IMG/VR virus record: IMGVR_UViG_3300036987_000305 | Location: 1-61,949 of that record | Source of the DNA: a virus | Lineage: Duplodnaviria > Caudoviricetes | Reading direction: 5' to 3' (one strand) | DNA length: 61,949 nt | Shown: positions 36,101-45,118 of the stretch, in pieces | Numbering within the stretch: position 1 is the first letter of the stretch | Layout: the number at the start of each line of letters is the position of its first letter | Notes under the pieces: model-generated | Seen by the model: only the letters and a program-made list of their open reading frames with translations | Told to the model about the DNA's origin: nothing | Database searches by the model: none | Position numbers and translations under genes: made by a program

Positions 36101-37380
36101 GTTCCCGTCACGGAATCCATCCAGATCGTCCCCGCCGCCGTCCCCGCCGCCCATGACCCGGAAGCCAAAGAAAATTCGCGCACTGTCCCAGTCGCCCCGG
36201 AGGATGCCTGTATCACGGCGCCGCCGACTGTAGGCGCATGAGACCCCGTCGTATAGACGACCTTCGTGACCGATTTCTCCTGGTAGTACAGTTGATTGGA
36301 CTCATTCCCCCCGGGAGAAATCCACATATCAATCGTCCATGTACCGTCAGAGAAATCAAAGTCCGCATGATTTGGGACGGTCATATACGTCGACACCCCT
36401 GAAGCGGCACCCCCGGAAGAGAATTTACCCCCGATCGCGGGTGATCCGAAGGTAGTCCCCCCGTTCGTAACGGTGTGCGCATTAGGGCCGCTGTCGGTAT
36501 AGTTATCATCGAGGTGTAAAAGCAGAGCGACATTGGAATCGTCGCCCCCTCCGGCCGTATCCGCAGTGAAGGACGCGTACTCAGTGGTCTTGGTATTCGT
36601 TACTTTATCAGTGTAGTCATACATGAAGGTCTTCGCAGAATCAAAGTTCACGAATCGGGCACACTTCAGCTCATCCCCGCCCCAGATGCACGTGTCGACT
36701 TTATTGCAGTACACCACTTGATCACGGGGGGCACTGGAGAATTGGCCAATCGCCGCCCCCGTTGAGTCGGTGAATAGCGCTGTGCCCGTGAATTCTCCGG
36801 CCGTAGGAATTGCGGTTATATTCTGAACAACCTTGCTTGCCGTCAGCCCAGCGTTATACTCCTGGACGAGGATATGGCTCTCTGCGGGGGCAGCTTTGAC
36901 AAAGTGGTACGCGGCCCGAGCTTTGTAGTAGCTGGCAATCGGGATATTCGCATTGATCGCCGTCATCCCCAAGACGCCCTCGGGGTGATCATCGGCATAC
37001 CTCATGTTGGTGAGCGTCGAGAAGTTCTTCCCAATGTGGATCGGATGCTTCCCCGGGGTCCATTTCCCATCGAGGGGGATGATGTATTTCTCCTCGGGCT
37101 CGTTAGGGGCGACCTGCGCGAGCGGAGAAACGACCACCAGAGGGAGGGTAAGGTCCAGGTTCTTCTCATTATCCGGAGCCTGCACGGGGGACAGCACCAT
37201 GCGGGAGTGTGTAAGGTCCAGGCTCTTCGCGTCCTCGACGTCAGGCTGCACCTCCTTCAGATCAACTACCGGGATCTGGAACGTAGTACCCTGCTCATTC
37301 TCCGGGGCCGGCGCAGACGGCATAGCCGGTGGCGAAATTCTCAAAATAACCGGAGGATCGGTTCTGTCTTTACCTGCCAT
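33109..37380 (-). CDS. Large tail tubular/nozzle-type protein with inserted LamG and other beta modules
   Basis: TLTNMRY near the N-terminus; IGCPAPAT, IWRGNKGVY, EYVLDLQRWKW propeller-like segments; LLLHLD...WTIDMW...GYFDEVRVSK LamG. Confidence 0.72.
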   Translation of the reverse strand: MAGKDRTDPPVILRISPPAMPSAPAPENEQGTTFQIPVVDLKEVQPDVEDAKSLDLTHSRMVLSPVQAPDNEKNLDLTLPLVVVSPLAQVAPNEPEEKYIIPLDGKWTPGKHPIHIGKNFSTLTNMRYADDHPEGVLGMTAINANIPIASYYKARAAYHFVKAAPAESHILVQEYNAGLTASKVVQNITAIPTAGEFTGTALFTDSTGAAIGQFSSAPRDQVVYCNKVDTCIWGGDELKCARFVNFDSAKTFMYDYTDKVTNTKTTEYASFTADTAGGGDDSNVALLLHLDDNYTDSGPNAHTVTNGGTTFGSPAIGGKFSSGGAASGVSTYMTVPNHADFDFSDGTWTIDMWISPGGNESNQLYYQEKSVTKVVYTTGSHAPTVGGAVIQASSGATGTVREFSLASGSWAAGTAAGTIWMDSVTGTWTDGNVMYETTDLLAGDGAFTGAATNWTLAAGFTYSSNAVNKDGDGTGTLAHNTLAAVAGEVYRVTYTISGWSVGTVTASFGGASGAARGADGTYTEILTAASTAGLAFTPTNTARFTIDTVVVNTTICTGATCTTDINYFKLGLVPWTNILYATIRKHEVVTSPIYASGLGISYSFSDWYHVQFSENGDTWYAFLNGSLVFTGTDTIRAEVYTSAVNLFRHLDPGTPYYGSFWGYFDEVRVSKTCRNVGSFIKPAAPYSTPGGSGSIGNVYIGSVRPLKGIKFYVGTANDSTSTAVVSYWNGSSFTQVAGQVDYTASSGKTLKVTGGQSITFDSTVATAKPGYIDGSFLYFYNVSFSGIDAATTVYYVTVDAPFQNIIDLWDNEYRAIASCYQNLPTLTDRTLQIRTDTYLLSDTSSWLNLGSFATGDSLEIGFTEKITALLINVAPNGENTTANTLASVSYWNGAQYVSVGSVTDQTISTPGISLGKSGVFSWYNTTPTSENKKSIAGGYSLYYYKITFSQTLSASCAIYYVGGIPLGKEIKGYSFAIHAADRLMLGCDNYQYKNRMIISAGGTDSVWNGSDYFEIDFGNADALTCGTSIFAQYASNIFNMVLAFKETEMWTLTWGYNNDEIFFDRYQVSPSIGCPAPATLKTISAELEKNVNQAKTLAIWRGNKGVYISNGQPPLSVSDDIAHVFDQTKTPHVDTSMLVYEQAFVDQHKHEYHWLWATELYQISFTTGAHEPLAGETITGATSSAAGVVDHIGTITGAWGSGTAAGIIYFRPTSGTWQSGEVIQQGVTTAATSSSVATKSAASNNSLNKEYVLDLQRWKWYEIDRTTGLYVQMGIEAKDTEGNYHTYGFIDNATGTMCRLENGATFLGTDITATLETGAQLPIAADLLAQTSISRANLIAVAKNTDSAVTLTHTIDGSTAGGTAYSLSVADATHIYANVMQDIFSLPGTFHVFKLSATTDDETKSLEPLYLSVYYTKDRDHTR

Positions 37381-38044
37381 CGGGGGTCTCCATCGTCACG
37401 GTATCGGGCAGTCTATGCGCGATCTGGCCTTCCGGATATTTCATCACGTACTCATTCCGTTTCCGCTGCACTTCAACGATGTACTGATTATACGCCATGG
37501 CCGCATCAGCCCAACGCCGAAGTTTCAACGCCGAAAACGCCAGCGTAAAAAGGTAGACGCTTTCGTGGAATTCGACAGGGAGGTTGGATGCAGGGAGATC
37601 TGTCCCCGCGGTACTGAGAACGACCGTAGGGTAGCACGCTGCGTAAATTTCCAGATCATAAGTTCCGACATCTGGAACAGGGTCGAGGATTAGGTAATCC
37701 CCCCATTGGAACCAGTACTGGGGGGAAGATCCGTCAACACTCGCATGCCCAAAAGTCTGTGGGAGAGCGCAGAGCAAGCCCCATCCCCCCTGAGTCGCGC
37801 CCGATTTGTACTCCACGTAGTTGACCCGAATCACCCCATTCCCTACCAAGGATACTACTTTCTGGGAGACCGAGATGTTGGTCTTCGCGATCTTGGACTC
37901 GTAGCAAAGCCCTTTCGCGCATACGTCCCGATAACCCATGTTAAGGATGATGGTAATCTCAGCGTCCGAAAGAATAGTTGTAGACGACTCATTAAGATCA
38001 CTTCGGACGTTCGAAAGAATTTTAGCGACAGTTAGTGTCCCCAC
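37370..38044 (-). CDS. Head-tail adaptor paralog 4 (no insertion)
   Basis: VRSDLNE...SDAEI...PQYWFQWG...DPVPD...LPVEFHE core shared with the three upstream genes. Confidence 0.72.
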   Translation of the reverse strand: MGTLTVAKILSNVRSDLNESSTTILSDAEITIILNMGYRDVCAKGLCYESKIAKTNISVSQKVVSLVGNGVIRVNYVEYKSGATQGGWGLLCALPQTFGHASVDGSSPQYWFQWGDYLILDPVPDVGTYDLEIYAACYPTVVLSTAGTDLPASNLPVEFHESVYLFTLAFSALKLRRWADAAMAYNQYIVEVQRKRNEYVMKYPEGQIAHRLPDTVTMETPDGR

Positions 38045-39663
38045 GGGCGACCTCCTTGATAGACGACGTTATTAGGTAGTTGTTTTATAGCACACTTTTC
38101 AGCTCGCCGGGTAACATATTCTTGCCGACGCGCTCTTAAATTTCGAATATAAATATTGTAATACCCGGCCGCCTGCTTCCAACGCTGGAGCGCGAGGCAA
38201 ACCGCATAGAGCGAGAAGTCCAATACGCAAGTCCGAAATTCCTCGGGAAGCGAATCCGGGTAGTCTGTCGTTGATGTCAACTCGGTTGCAGGGTAGTCTG
38301 ATACGTAGAGCTTAAGAGGATACGCATCATCCGGGACCGGCTCAATTACAATATTATTATTCCATTGGAACCAATATTGGGGGGTGTTATCTTTTATTGA
38401 AATGTGGCCGAGGTTCTCGGGACGGATTTTCAGGAGCGCCCCGTTGCTAGATGTGCTGGTTGTTGGTGTAAGCGTAGAGGAGATCATGTATACGTCATTG
38501 TCGGCTCCAGTGCTTCCGCAAGCCACAACCTGATTATCCCCAAACGCAGACGAATAAAGGGTGGTGTTGCGAGGGTTTGTAACTTCCGCCCAAGTTAAGC
38601 CAGCATCGCTTGATTTCACTACATATGCATCAGTACCGTCCGCGTTGCCAAAGGCAAATACATCCACCCCGTTATAGGTAACTGAATTTAACTGATAGCT
38701 TGTTTTGGGGGTATCTACCCTTGTCCATGTAATCCCGTCTGTTGATCGGCAAGTTCTTCCGCTTCCCGACACAGCAACAAAGGCTGTCCCGCACCAGGTT
38801 ATGCCCCTGATCTTGCGCATTGCCCCGCCATTGATTGTTGCCGGCGTCCATGTAACACCATTATCGGTTGAATATTCGATATATCCAGTAAGTACATCAC
38901 TAGAATCCCCCCCGCCAGCTACAAAAGTGCCGCTTCCGTATGCAACAGCGGTGAGTTCGATTTGTAATGGATTGGAATGCGTTCTATCTGTCCAGGTTCC
39001 CCCGGATGATGTGGCAATGTATATGCCAGTTAAGGTTGAATAGTGCGCTCCGACTGCACAATAGATACCATCGCCGTATGCGACTGCAAAAAAGCATCTG
39101 TTGTAACTATTAATTGTGGACTCGCTCCATGTAGCCCCATCGGTGGACCAGATAACATACCCATGTAGAGTAGGCTGGTTTCCTGGATCACCAACAGCGC
39201 AAAATCCGGCGCTACCATATGTAATTGATCTGATCGACCTTCCACCGGAAGTGTTTAATCCTGTTATCGGCGTCCATATAACCAAATCGGTAGAGTAATA
39301 CATCGCCAATAACCCAGACACGAGGCATTTTATTACCCATACACCATCGCCATATCCCAGCGCTTGAGACCCTTGCGGGATGGCCGGACCGGCAAGTTCG
39401 GTAAACGATGAGCTCGATCCCCCCGTTACTATTTCTTCGCTACGCTCTACGAAATTAACCCGATGTCCGTTAAACGAAACAAGCCGACTCCCGGAAACCG
39501 TAGTTGCGGTATCCTCATGCTCTATACAAAACGCCCTACTTGCCACATCCTTGTATCCATCGTTAATGGCTTGCAGGAGCATCTCCGCGGTAACAGCCGA
39601 ACCTACCGGCGCTTTGAGCCTCGAGCGAATCTCGGATTCTATGTCTCCGACGCTGTTCCGCAT
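38032..39663 (-). CDS. Head-tail adaptor paralog 3 with an inserted BNR/beta-propeller domain
   Basis: Adaptor core split by ~330 aa of S-T-D-G-x-T-W / VAYG-G repeats. Confidence 0.75.
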   Translation of the reverse strand: MRNSVGDIESEIRSRLKAPVGSAVTAEMLLQAINDGYKDVASRAFCIEHEDTATTVSGSRLVSFNGHRVNFVERSEEIVTGGSSSSFTELAGPAIPQGSQALGYGDGVWVIKCLVSGLLAMYYSTDLVIWTPITGLNTSGGRSIRSITYGSAGFCAVGDPGNQPTLHGYVIWSTDGATWSESTINSYNRCFFAVAYGDGIYCAVGAHYSTLTGIYIATSSGGTWTDRTHSNPLQIELTAVAYGSGTFVAGGGDSSDVLTGYIEYSTDNGVTWTPATINGGAMRKIRGITWCGTAFVAVSGSGRTCRSTDGITWTRVDTPKTSYQLNSVTYNGVDVFAFGNADGTDAYVVKSSDAGLTWAEVTNPRNTTLYSSAFGDNQVVACGSTGADNDVYMISSTLTPTTSTSSNGALLKIRPENLGHISIKDNTPQYWFQWNNNIVIEPVPDDAYPLKLYVSDYPATELTSTTDYPDSLPEEFRTCVLDFSLYAVCLALQRWKQAAGYYNIYIRNLRARRQEYVTRRAEKCAIKQLPNNVVYQGGRPWGH

Positions 39664-39670
39664 ACTCCTC

Positions 39671-40651
39671 CTACTGGTAAATCATGCTGTTACGGCCGTC
39701 CGGGATTACCTCAACGATGCTCTGCCGCAGATAGACAAGCTCATTTGCGTAAATCGACTCAAGCATCTGCGCGGGACCTGTTCTCCGATCCTTGTGGAGG
39801 GCCTTCGCCGCCGCAAAAAGAACCATCAGATGCTGGTACGCCGAGCCCAGTTCTGTCTGATTGGTGATGGCCGCATAATCTGCTTCAGCGTACGCATAGA
39901 ATCCGCTGATCACGATCGTATTGGCCCCCGTCAGAACAGGTTTCCACGGGGTGGTCGCGGCGAGACTCTGCATATGGACCCCGGTAGTCGTTACGGCTAC
40001 GCCCGTCGCGCCACAAGAGGGTGTAACCGATCCACTCGTACCCACGCTGTCCACGGTGAAGACGAAAGTCACATTGGTATTCGCGGCGGCGATTGCGGTG
40101 TAGGCTGTCAGCGTCGTCGGGCCGGCTCCCGCGTGGGATGCCGTCGTGGAACACGTCCAGGCGGATCCTCCATCGACCCACTGATTTGCGCTGGAGCCCT
40201 CAACGAACGCTATACCGTTGTAGACCGTAGTCATTTTCGGAAGATCCGCTACGTACAGCCTAAGCTGATAGATGGCGTCCGGCACCGGCTCGATTCCTAT
40301 ATTGGACCCGAACTCATACCAATACTGCGGCGCCGCCCCATTGGCCGCCGGGTAATGCCCCAACCGAAGCGGGTCAATTTTGGTCAGCATCTGCGCCCTC
40401 CCTGAGGAGGGGATATACTCGACATGAAGGACCTTGTACGCATTCGTCGCAACGTTTCGTGTGGATGCCACGGTTACAGCGTCCAGGACACGACGCACGC
40501 ACAGCGCTTTCTGGGCGATGTCTTTGGCCGCGATACTCAACCATCGCCAGATTTCAGCCTGCGTAAAAAAAGACGGGGTTACCTCGTTGATGTACGTTCG
40601 TACCCGGGCCTCTAGTTCTTCAGCGTCCAGATTTGGAAAAGTTCCCGCCAT
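39671..40651 (-). CDS. Head-tail adaptor paralog 2 with an inserted beta-sandwich-like domain
   Basis: VRTYINE...PQYWYEFG...EPVPDAIYQLRLYVAD, then a ~120-aa T/G-rich insert before AYQHLMVLFAAAKA. Confidence 0.75.
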   Translation of the reverse strand: MAGTFPNLDAEELEARVRTYINEVTPSFFTQAEIWRWLSIAAKDIAQKALCVRRVLDAVTVASTRNVATNAYKVLHVEYIPSSGRAQMLTKIDPLRLGHYPAANGAAPQYWYEFGSNIGIEPVPDAIYQLRLYVADLPKMTTVYNGIAFVEGSSANQWVDGGSAWTCSTTASHAGAGPTTLTAYTAIAAANTNVTFVFTVDSVGTSGSVTPSCGATGVAVTTTGVHMQSLAATTPWKPVLTGANTIVISGFYAYAEADYAAITNQTELGSAYQHLMVLFAAAKALHKDRRTGPAQMLESIYANELVYLRQSIVEVIPDGRNSMIYQ

Positions 40652-40663
40652 AATAACCTCCTG

Positions 40664-41560
40664 TTAAATAAAGCCGCCAAGCGGGCCGGCAGAGTCCCAT
40701 CCAGTGTAGAGATTCCCGTGGATCTTCTGGACCGCAATAGCGTTTCTGAATATCCTAAAATACAGGTCAGATTGCACCGGATCAAACGTGTGCTCCCCCG
40801 CCTTGAGCCGCGCCATATAACAGATGCCGTCCACGATAGCGCTGTGGTATGCTTGATCAATCTCCGGCGTTTGAGCCGACATCGAGGAAGTAGTCAGCGC
40901 GGTCAGAGGATACCGAATGACAGACAGGTAAATCGGGTAGGAATCATCCGGCGGAGGATAGACCGTCAAGTACCCCGTGCGGTAGTCGAGCACAAAACGC
41001 GCCGGCTCATTCTGGTCAGCGCTTCTCCAAGAAACGATTCCGTCCATCGATGCGGTGTTTGTCTTCGTGAGGAATTTTGGAGAGTCGGAGTTGTCCGAAA
41101 AAGTCGGGTACGTTGCACCCTGGTCCGCGGTATTCGTCCCGTCCCCGACGACTTCGCCGAGGGTGAACGTGCCCGTTCGGTGTTCAACCGTGTATGTAGT
41201 CGAAGTGTCCTTGGATACCACGGTGCACGCCTTCGAGCTCGTCACACCGGTGACGGTGGCAGCAGCGGCGAAGGTGGTTGGCGTGGGCGCCACATCCAGC
41301 GTCATCAGCTCTGTCTCGACGAGTTTCGCTGAGAGGACGTAGAGGATCAGGGGGGAAAGCGCGTAGTCGAGGACTCCCGCGGAGGTAAAGATCCGGCAGA
41401 TAGAGTCCGTTGTCGTATCGACCAGGGAGCGCGTCTCCCGAGCGATAATGTTCTCAATCTGGTTCGCGTAATATACCAGCTCCGAATCCACCCAAAGATA
41501 GGGTTTTTCGTAGTTGTTCAGCCGGTATCGAGCCTGGTCGATGATCTCCTGAAGGGTCAT
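40664..41560 (-). CDS. Head-tail adaptor paralog 1 with an inserted TVTG-TS module
   Basis: MTLQEII...RLNN...WVDSEL...VYPPPD...PEIDQAYHSAIV core; ~75-aa insert. Confidence 0.75.
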   Translation of the reverse strand: MTLQEIIDQARYRLNNYEKPYLWVDSELVYYANQIENIIARETRSLVDTTTDSICRIFTSAGVLDYALSPLILYVLSAKLVETELMTLDVAPTPTTFAAAATVTGVTSSKACTVVSKDTSTTYTVEHRTGTFTLGEVVGDGTNTADQGATYPTFSDNSDSPKFLTKTNTASMDGIVSWRSADQNEPARFVLDYRTGYLTVYPPPDDSYPIYLSVIRYPLTALTTSSMSAQTPEIDQAYHSAIVDGICYMARLKAGEHTFDPVQSDLYFRIFRNAIAVQKIHGNLYTGWDSAGPLGGFI

Positions 41561-41561
41561 T

Positions 41562-41831
41562 CTATCCTCCTGCCTGGGGGAGTTTATGCGAATACGGAAT
41601 CGTATCTTTCCCCATATTCGTCAAGATATACTCGATCGCGTCATCCACCCGACGTTCGAATTCTTTATTGCTAAATACCATAGAAACGGATCCAATGCGA
41701 GCTTTTAATATCCTGACCGCTTCCTCGAGAGGGATGGACACCGAGAGAAGCGGGTCCTCGCCCTTCGTCGCGATCTGGATCCTCGTACCCGTTTCGTTCC
41801 AATGCCGCGCTATTTCCAGGTAGACCTGCAT
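41562..41831 (-). CDS. Hypothetical protein
   Basis: GGAGG-type RBS; co-oriented and tightly packed. Confidence 0.65.
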   Translation of the reverse strand: MQVYLEIARHWNETGTRIQIATKGEDPLLSVSIPLEEAVRILKARIGSVSMVFSNKEFERRVDDAIEYILTNMGKDTIPYSHKLPQAGG

Positions 41832-41842
41832 CCTTTCCCTCC

Positions 41843-43171
41843 CTACTCATACATAATAAGAATAGAACTATTCGCGGTAGCAATCACTACCGTCAACCCG
41901 ATTGAAAACGGAATATCGTGCATTTCTAATTCATAAGGCTGTGTTTGAGCACCCATCGCCCCCGACGACCAAATAACTGTTCCGGAAGCGGCGGTATTAT
42001 CGTACAACGTAATTACGCTATTATTCGTCACAGCTGTGACGATAAGTCCATGTATATTACCAGCGCCGTATTTACACACCACACCCGCAGTGATCCCTTG
42101 AATAAACTTACTTATCGCTTGTGTTGAGGGGTTCCCTAAACGAACAATACTGACTACACGCATAGTAAGTGCTACGGGAGAAACAGACCCTCCAGAGTTA
42201 TTATTTTCAAACGTAATAGGTAAAGTAAGACTTGTAGTAAGAGAATCCGTAGCAGAACTAATCGTATGAATTAAAACATCGTCTATATAAAATTGCGCAG
42301 ACAAGTTCGTAATGTCTATGGTAAATCGATGCACATTAGTATCAAGTGCGTAAGACACTCCCGCATTTCCATTAAACGATCCAGAAGAAACAAGCGTGTC
42401 AGAAGAGGACTTCCTACTTCCTACACTGAAAACCGTACCCGCAAGCTGAAAAAAGAATCCATCAGTCGCATTGTACGCTCCTATCCGGCGAGTGTTATTT
42501 GCCGTCCCGGTAGTTGTAAATCTACAAATTCCCCGAAACTGATTAACCGAAGATGGAACGTAACGCGACCCTCTCACCGATACATATTTAGCAGTAGAAT
42601 CGGCCGTCTCTCCTGTAGTAAGAGATATCTCACCAGCCTGAACAACTGTCCCACTACCGGTTACGGTTTCCGTCCAAAAGTTCGTGTCTTTCGTAGTTCC
42701 AGAAAATGTCGTACCCACTAATCGGAAAGAAGTAACTGCTTTTAATTCCCTGAATGCAGTAACGGCAACGTCTTTGCTATTCTGTGCGTCAACAATTTTA
42801 GCAGATTGTACCACTCCACTCCCATCAACCGGAAGCCTCCCACTCACCGGCGTATACTGATCCAGACTCGCGATGTCTACCTTCCCAAGATCCCTTGCAG
42901 CGCGATCCGTAACGTCCGAATCGACATTCAGCGTGTCGGTATTCACCAGCGGTTGCGACATCGAGACCCAAGCCAACACCCCCGGATCGGAATCATACAC
43001 CAGATTCCGCATGGACTCTAACCGCTGAGACCACCCGTTCGCGTGCTTAAAGTACCACAGCTCGGTATCCGTCTCGAAGAACTCGTCCCCGAGCTGCGCA
43101 TTTACAGGCTTCCCCTCGAGGCTAGTGCCCGAATACTTCAGCGGTGTTGTCCAAGGTCCCTGTATCGCCAT
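41843..43171 (-). CDS. Modular virion structural protein (lectin-like middle domain)
   Basis: N-terminal FFETDTELWY module; AT-rich beta-sandwich middle; C-terminal ITLYDNTAASG...PFSIGL module. Confidence 0.7.
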   Translation of the reverse strand: MAIQGPWTTPLKYSGTSLEGKPVNAQLGDEFFETDTELWYFKHANGWSQRLESMRNLVYDSDPGVLAWVSMSQPLVNTDTLNVDSDVTDRAARDLGKVDIASLDQYTPVSGRLPVDGSGVVQSAKIVDAQNSKDVAVTAFRELKAVTSFRLVGTTFSGTTKDTNFWTETVTGSGTVVQAGEISLTTGETADSTAKYVSVRGSRYVPSSVNQFRGICRFTTTGTANNTRRIGAYNATDGFFFQLAGTVFSVGSRKSSSDTLVSSGSFNGNAGVSYALDTNVHRFTIDITNLSAQFYIDDVLIHTISSATDSLTTSLTLPITFENNNSGGSVSPVALTMRVVSIVRLGNPSTQAISKFIQGITAGVVCKYGAGNIHGLIVTAVTNNSVITLYDNTAASGTVIWSSGAMGAQTQPYELEMHDIPFSIGLTVVIATANSSILIMYE

Positions 43172-43187
43172 ACGCCTCCTGCCTCCG

Positions 43188-43502
43188 CTACTTCTTCGTG
43201 AACCCCTTCCGCACAGCGGGACGGGGCGCCGGCTTCACCTGGGGCGCCTCCTCGATTGTTTCGCTCACTTCAGAGAAAACGTCGAGCACTACATTTTCAG
43301 CCGGGGCAGACGCTTCGGGTTCCGCCTTTTCGGCCACGGCGGGGGGTTCAATATTCGCTGAAACCCTATTTTCGGAGGCTTCCAGAATCTCCTCCTTGGT
43401 CATCATGCACTCAACCATGTCCCCCCTGCGCCGGAGGACTTCCGAATAGGCGTAAGGAGCACCGACTCCGTTCTTCCTCAGCATTCTAAACTTCTCTGCC
43501 AT
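43188..43502 (-). CDS. Hypothetical head-region protein
   Basis: AAGGAGG RBS; acidic/Pro-rich linker. Confidence 0.7.
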   Translation of the reverse strand: MAEKFRMLRKNGVGAPYAYSEVLRRRGDMVECMMTKEEILEASENRVSANIEPPAVAEKAEPEASAPAENVVLDVFSEVSETIEEAPQVKPAPRPAVRKGFTKK

Positions 43503-43515
43503 TATTATCCTCCTT

Positions 43516-43562
43516 AAAAAACCGGGTGGGTACTCCCCCGAAGGGTTTCTCCACCCGGGTTA
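43516..43562 (-). terminator. Probable terminator after the capsid-associated genes
   Basis: ccgggtgg...ccacccgg stem; aaaaa on + gives a U tract on -. Confidence 0.6.
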
Positions 43563-43567
43563 TGGGG

Positions 43568-44500
43568 CTAGTAAGTAGCCGAGTTGATTGCAATGAGATT
43601 CAGCTCATCAGCTGTTGCCGCAAAAACAGTCGGCGCCCAAATGTACTTCATGGACGCGGAGGCCGCGAGCTTCGTCACATTCGCGAACGTGCAGTTCGAG
43701 TCAAGAATCATCGCCGCGGTAGATCCGCCAGAGAAGGTGAAAGCCACCGCCGCCGCCGAACTGTGGTTCGGGTTCATAGCGTAGAACATGCAGTTCTTGA
43801 AGAACGCCTGAGTATTCCCCCCGGCATTCGCAACCGCGATAAAGTACGGGTCGGTATCGGCAATCGACATTGTAAATATGCAATTCTCGAATACCGTATA
43901 CGTAGCCTCACCCAACGTCACATTCGGGGTGAGCTCATCCCGATCAATCGTACTGGTCCCGAAAACGCACCCGTTAAAGTAGTTCTCGGACCCCGTGACA
44001 CTCACGCCGTTGTAACTGGCGTGGCCACCCTGCGCGGCCGCCATTGGCCCGCCAAAGTGGACATTCTCAAACGTGTTGCGCTCTCCGGAAACCAGCCAGC
44101 CGACATAATCCCCCGCCGCCGTGCCGTGCATGGTGTACAGGTTCGCGAAGGTATTGCCATACCCACTCACCGTGATCATCGGCGTAAAAGTTGTAGACAT
44201 GCCGATCCGACTCCGCTGATTGAACCTGTTCCGGGAGGTCCCGATCAATCCGCAAAGCGACTTGCTCCACGTGAATGCCGAAGCCAAACTCACCGTCGAC
44301 GCCGACTGCTCCAGGATGATGCAATCGTTCTTCAAAGTCTCCAGCTTCGCGTAAGCCGCAGTCAAGGTCTTCAGACCATTTCCGTTGTAGTTCCCCTCGT
44401 TGCCATCCGACCCGAGAGCCGCGTTCAGGAAGTATTTCTTCCGCCACTGATCATTGCCCTCCAGTGAATGCTGGACCAACTCCGTTGATACATGAGCCAT
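43568..44500 (-). CDS. Parallel beta-helix (pectin-lyase-like) virion protein
   Basis: GSDGNEG...LKTLTAAY start; repeated NTFEN/NYFNGCVF/VFENCIF/FFKNCMF rungs. Confidence 0.7.
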   Translation of the reverse strand: MAHVSTELVQHSLEGNDQWRKKYFLNAALGSDGNEGNYNGNGLKTLTAAYAKLETLKNDCIILEQSASTVSLASAFTWSKSLCGLIGTSRNRFNQRSRIGMSTTFTPMITVSGYGNTFANLYTMHGTAAGDYVGWLVSGERNTFENVHFGGPMAAAQGGHASYNGVSVTGSENYFNGCVFGTSTIDRDELTPNVTLGEATYTVFENCIFTMSIADTDPYFIAVANAGGNTQAFFKNCMFYAMNPNHSSAAAVAFTFSGGSTAAMILDSNCTFANVTKLAASASMKYIWAPTVFAATADELNLIAINSATY

Positions 44501-44558
44501 GATAAATCCTCCTCAAGTAAAATCGGGCGGGTGATATGCTTCCCCCCGCCCTACTGGT

Positions 44559-45062
44559 TTACTTCGCTGCCGTATCCACAACCAACGCGTACACATCGTA
44601 CACGCCGTTCAGCAGCGCCGCCGTGCCCACGCACAGCTTGATGTAGTCTTCTGCCGCGTAGAACTTGCCGGCGATCAGATTCGCCGCACCGGTATCCGCC
44701 GCCAGAGCCGAAATAACGCCGCCAACAGTGGCGCTCGGAATCGTCGCGGTATTCATGAAGACGGTAGCCGCCGAGGAGTCACCGATCGTAAACGTACCGG
44801 TAACACCCGTGAGCTCGGCCTCCACGGTCTGGATCCACACCCGAAGAACGATCGTGTAGATCGGGATGCGAATCGCGTAATATACGTCGGTACTGGTATT
44901 CGTGAGGCCGGTCAGACCAACGTCGACCTGGGACTTCAGGATACCAAACCTCCAGTTTTCCGTCACGTTCACGCCGTCGCCAACGCTGTGAGAATGCGTG
45001 GTCGGAGCGGTTGAACTGGTGATCAATGTTGATCCACCGGTATAATCCACTGCAAGAGCCAT
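44559..45062 (-). CDS. Capsid cement/decoration-like protein
   Basis: Directly after the capsid gene; IPIYTIVL...FTIGDS...GKFYAAEDYI jelly-roll pattern. Confidence 0.65.
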   Translation of the reverse strand: MALAVDYTGGSTLITSSTAPTTHSHSVGDGVNVTENWRFGILKSQVDVGLTGLTNTSTDVYYAIRIPIYTIVLRVWIQTVEAELTGVTGTFTIGDSSAATVFMNTATIPSATVGGVISALAADTGAANLIAGKFYAAEDYIKLCVGTAALLNGVYDVYALVVDTAAK

Positions 45063-45118
45063 AATAACCTCCTTATTGCGTTAAGTTAACCGTTACACAA
45101 AACCCCCCGCAAAGTCAA

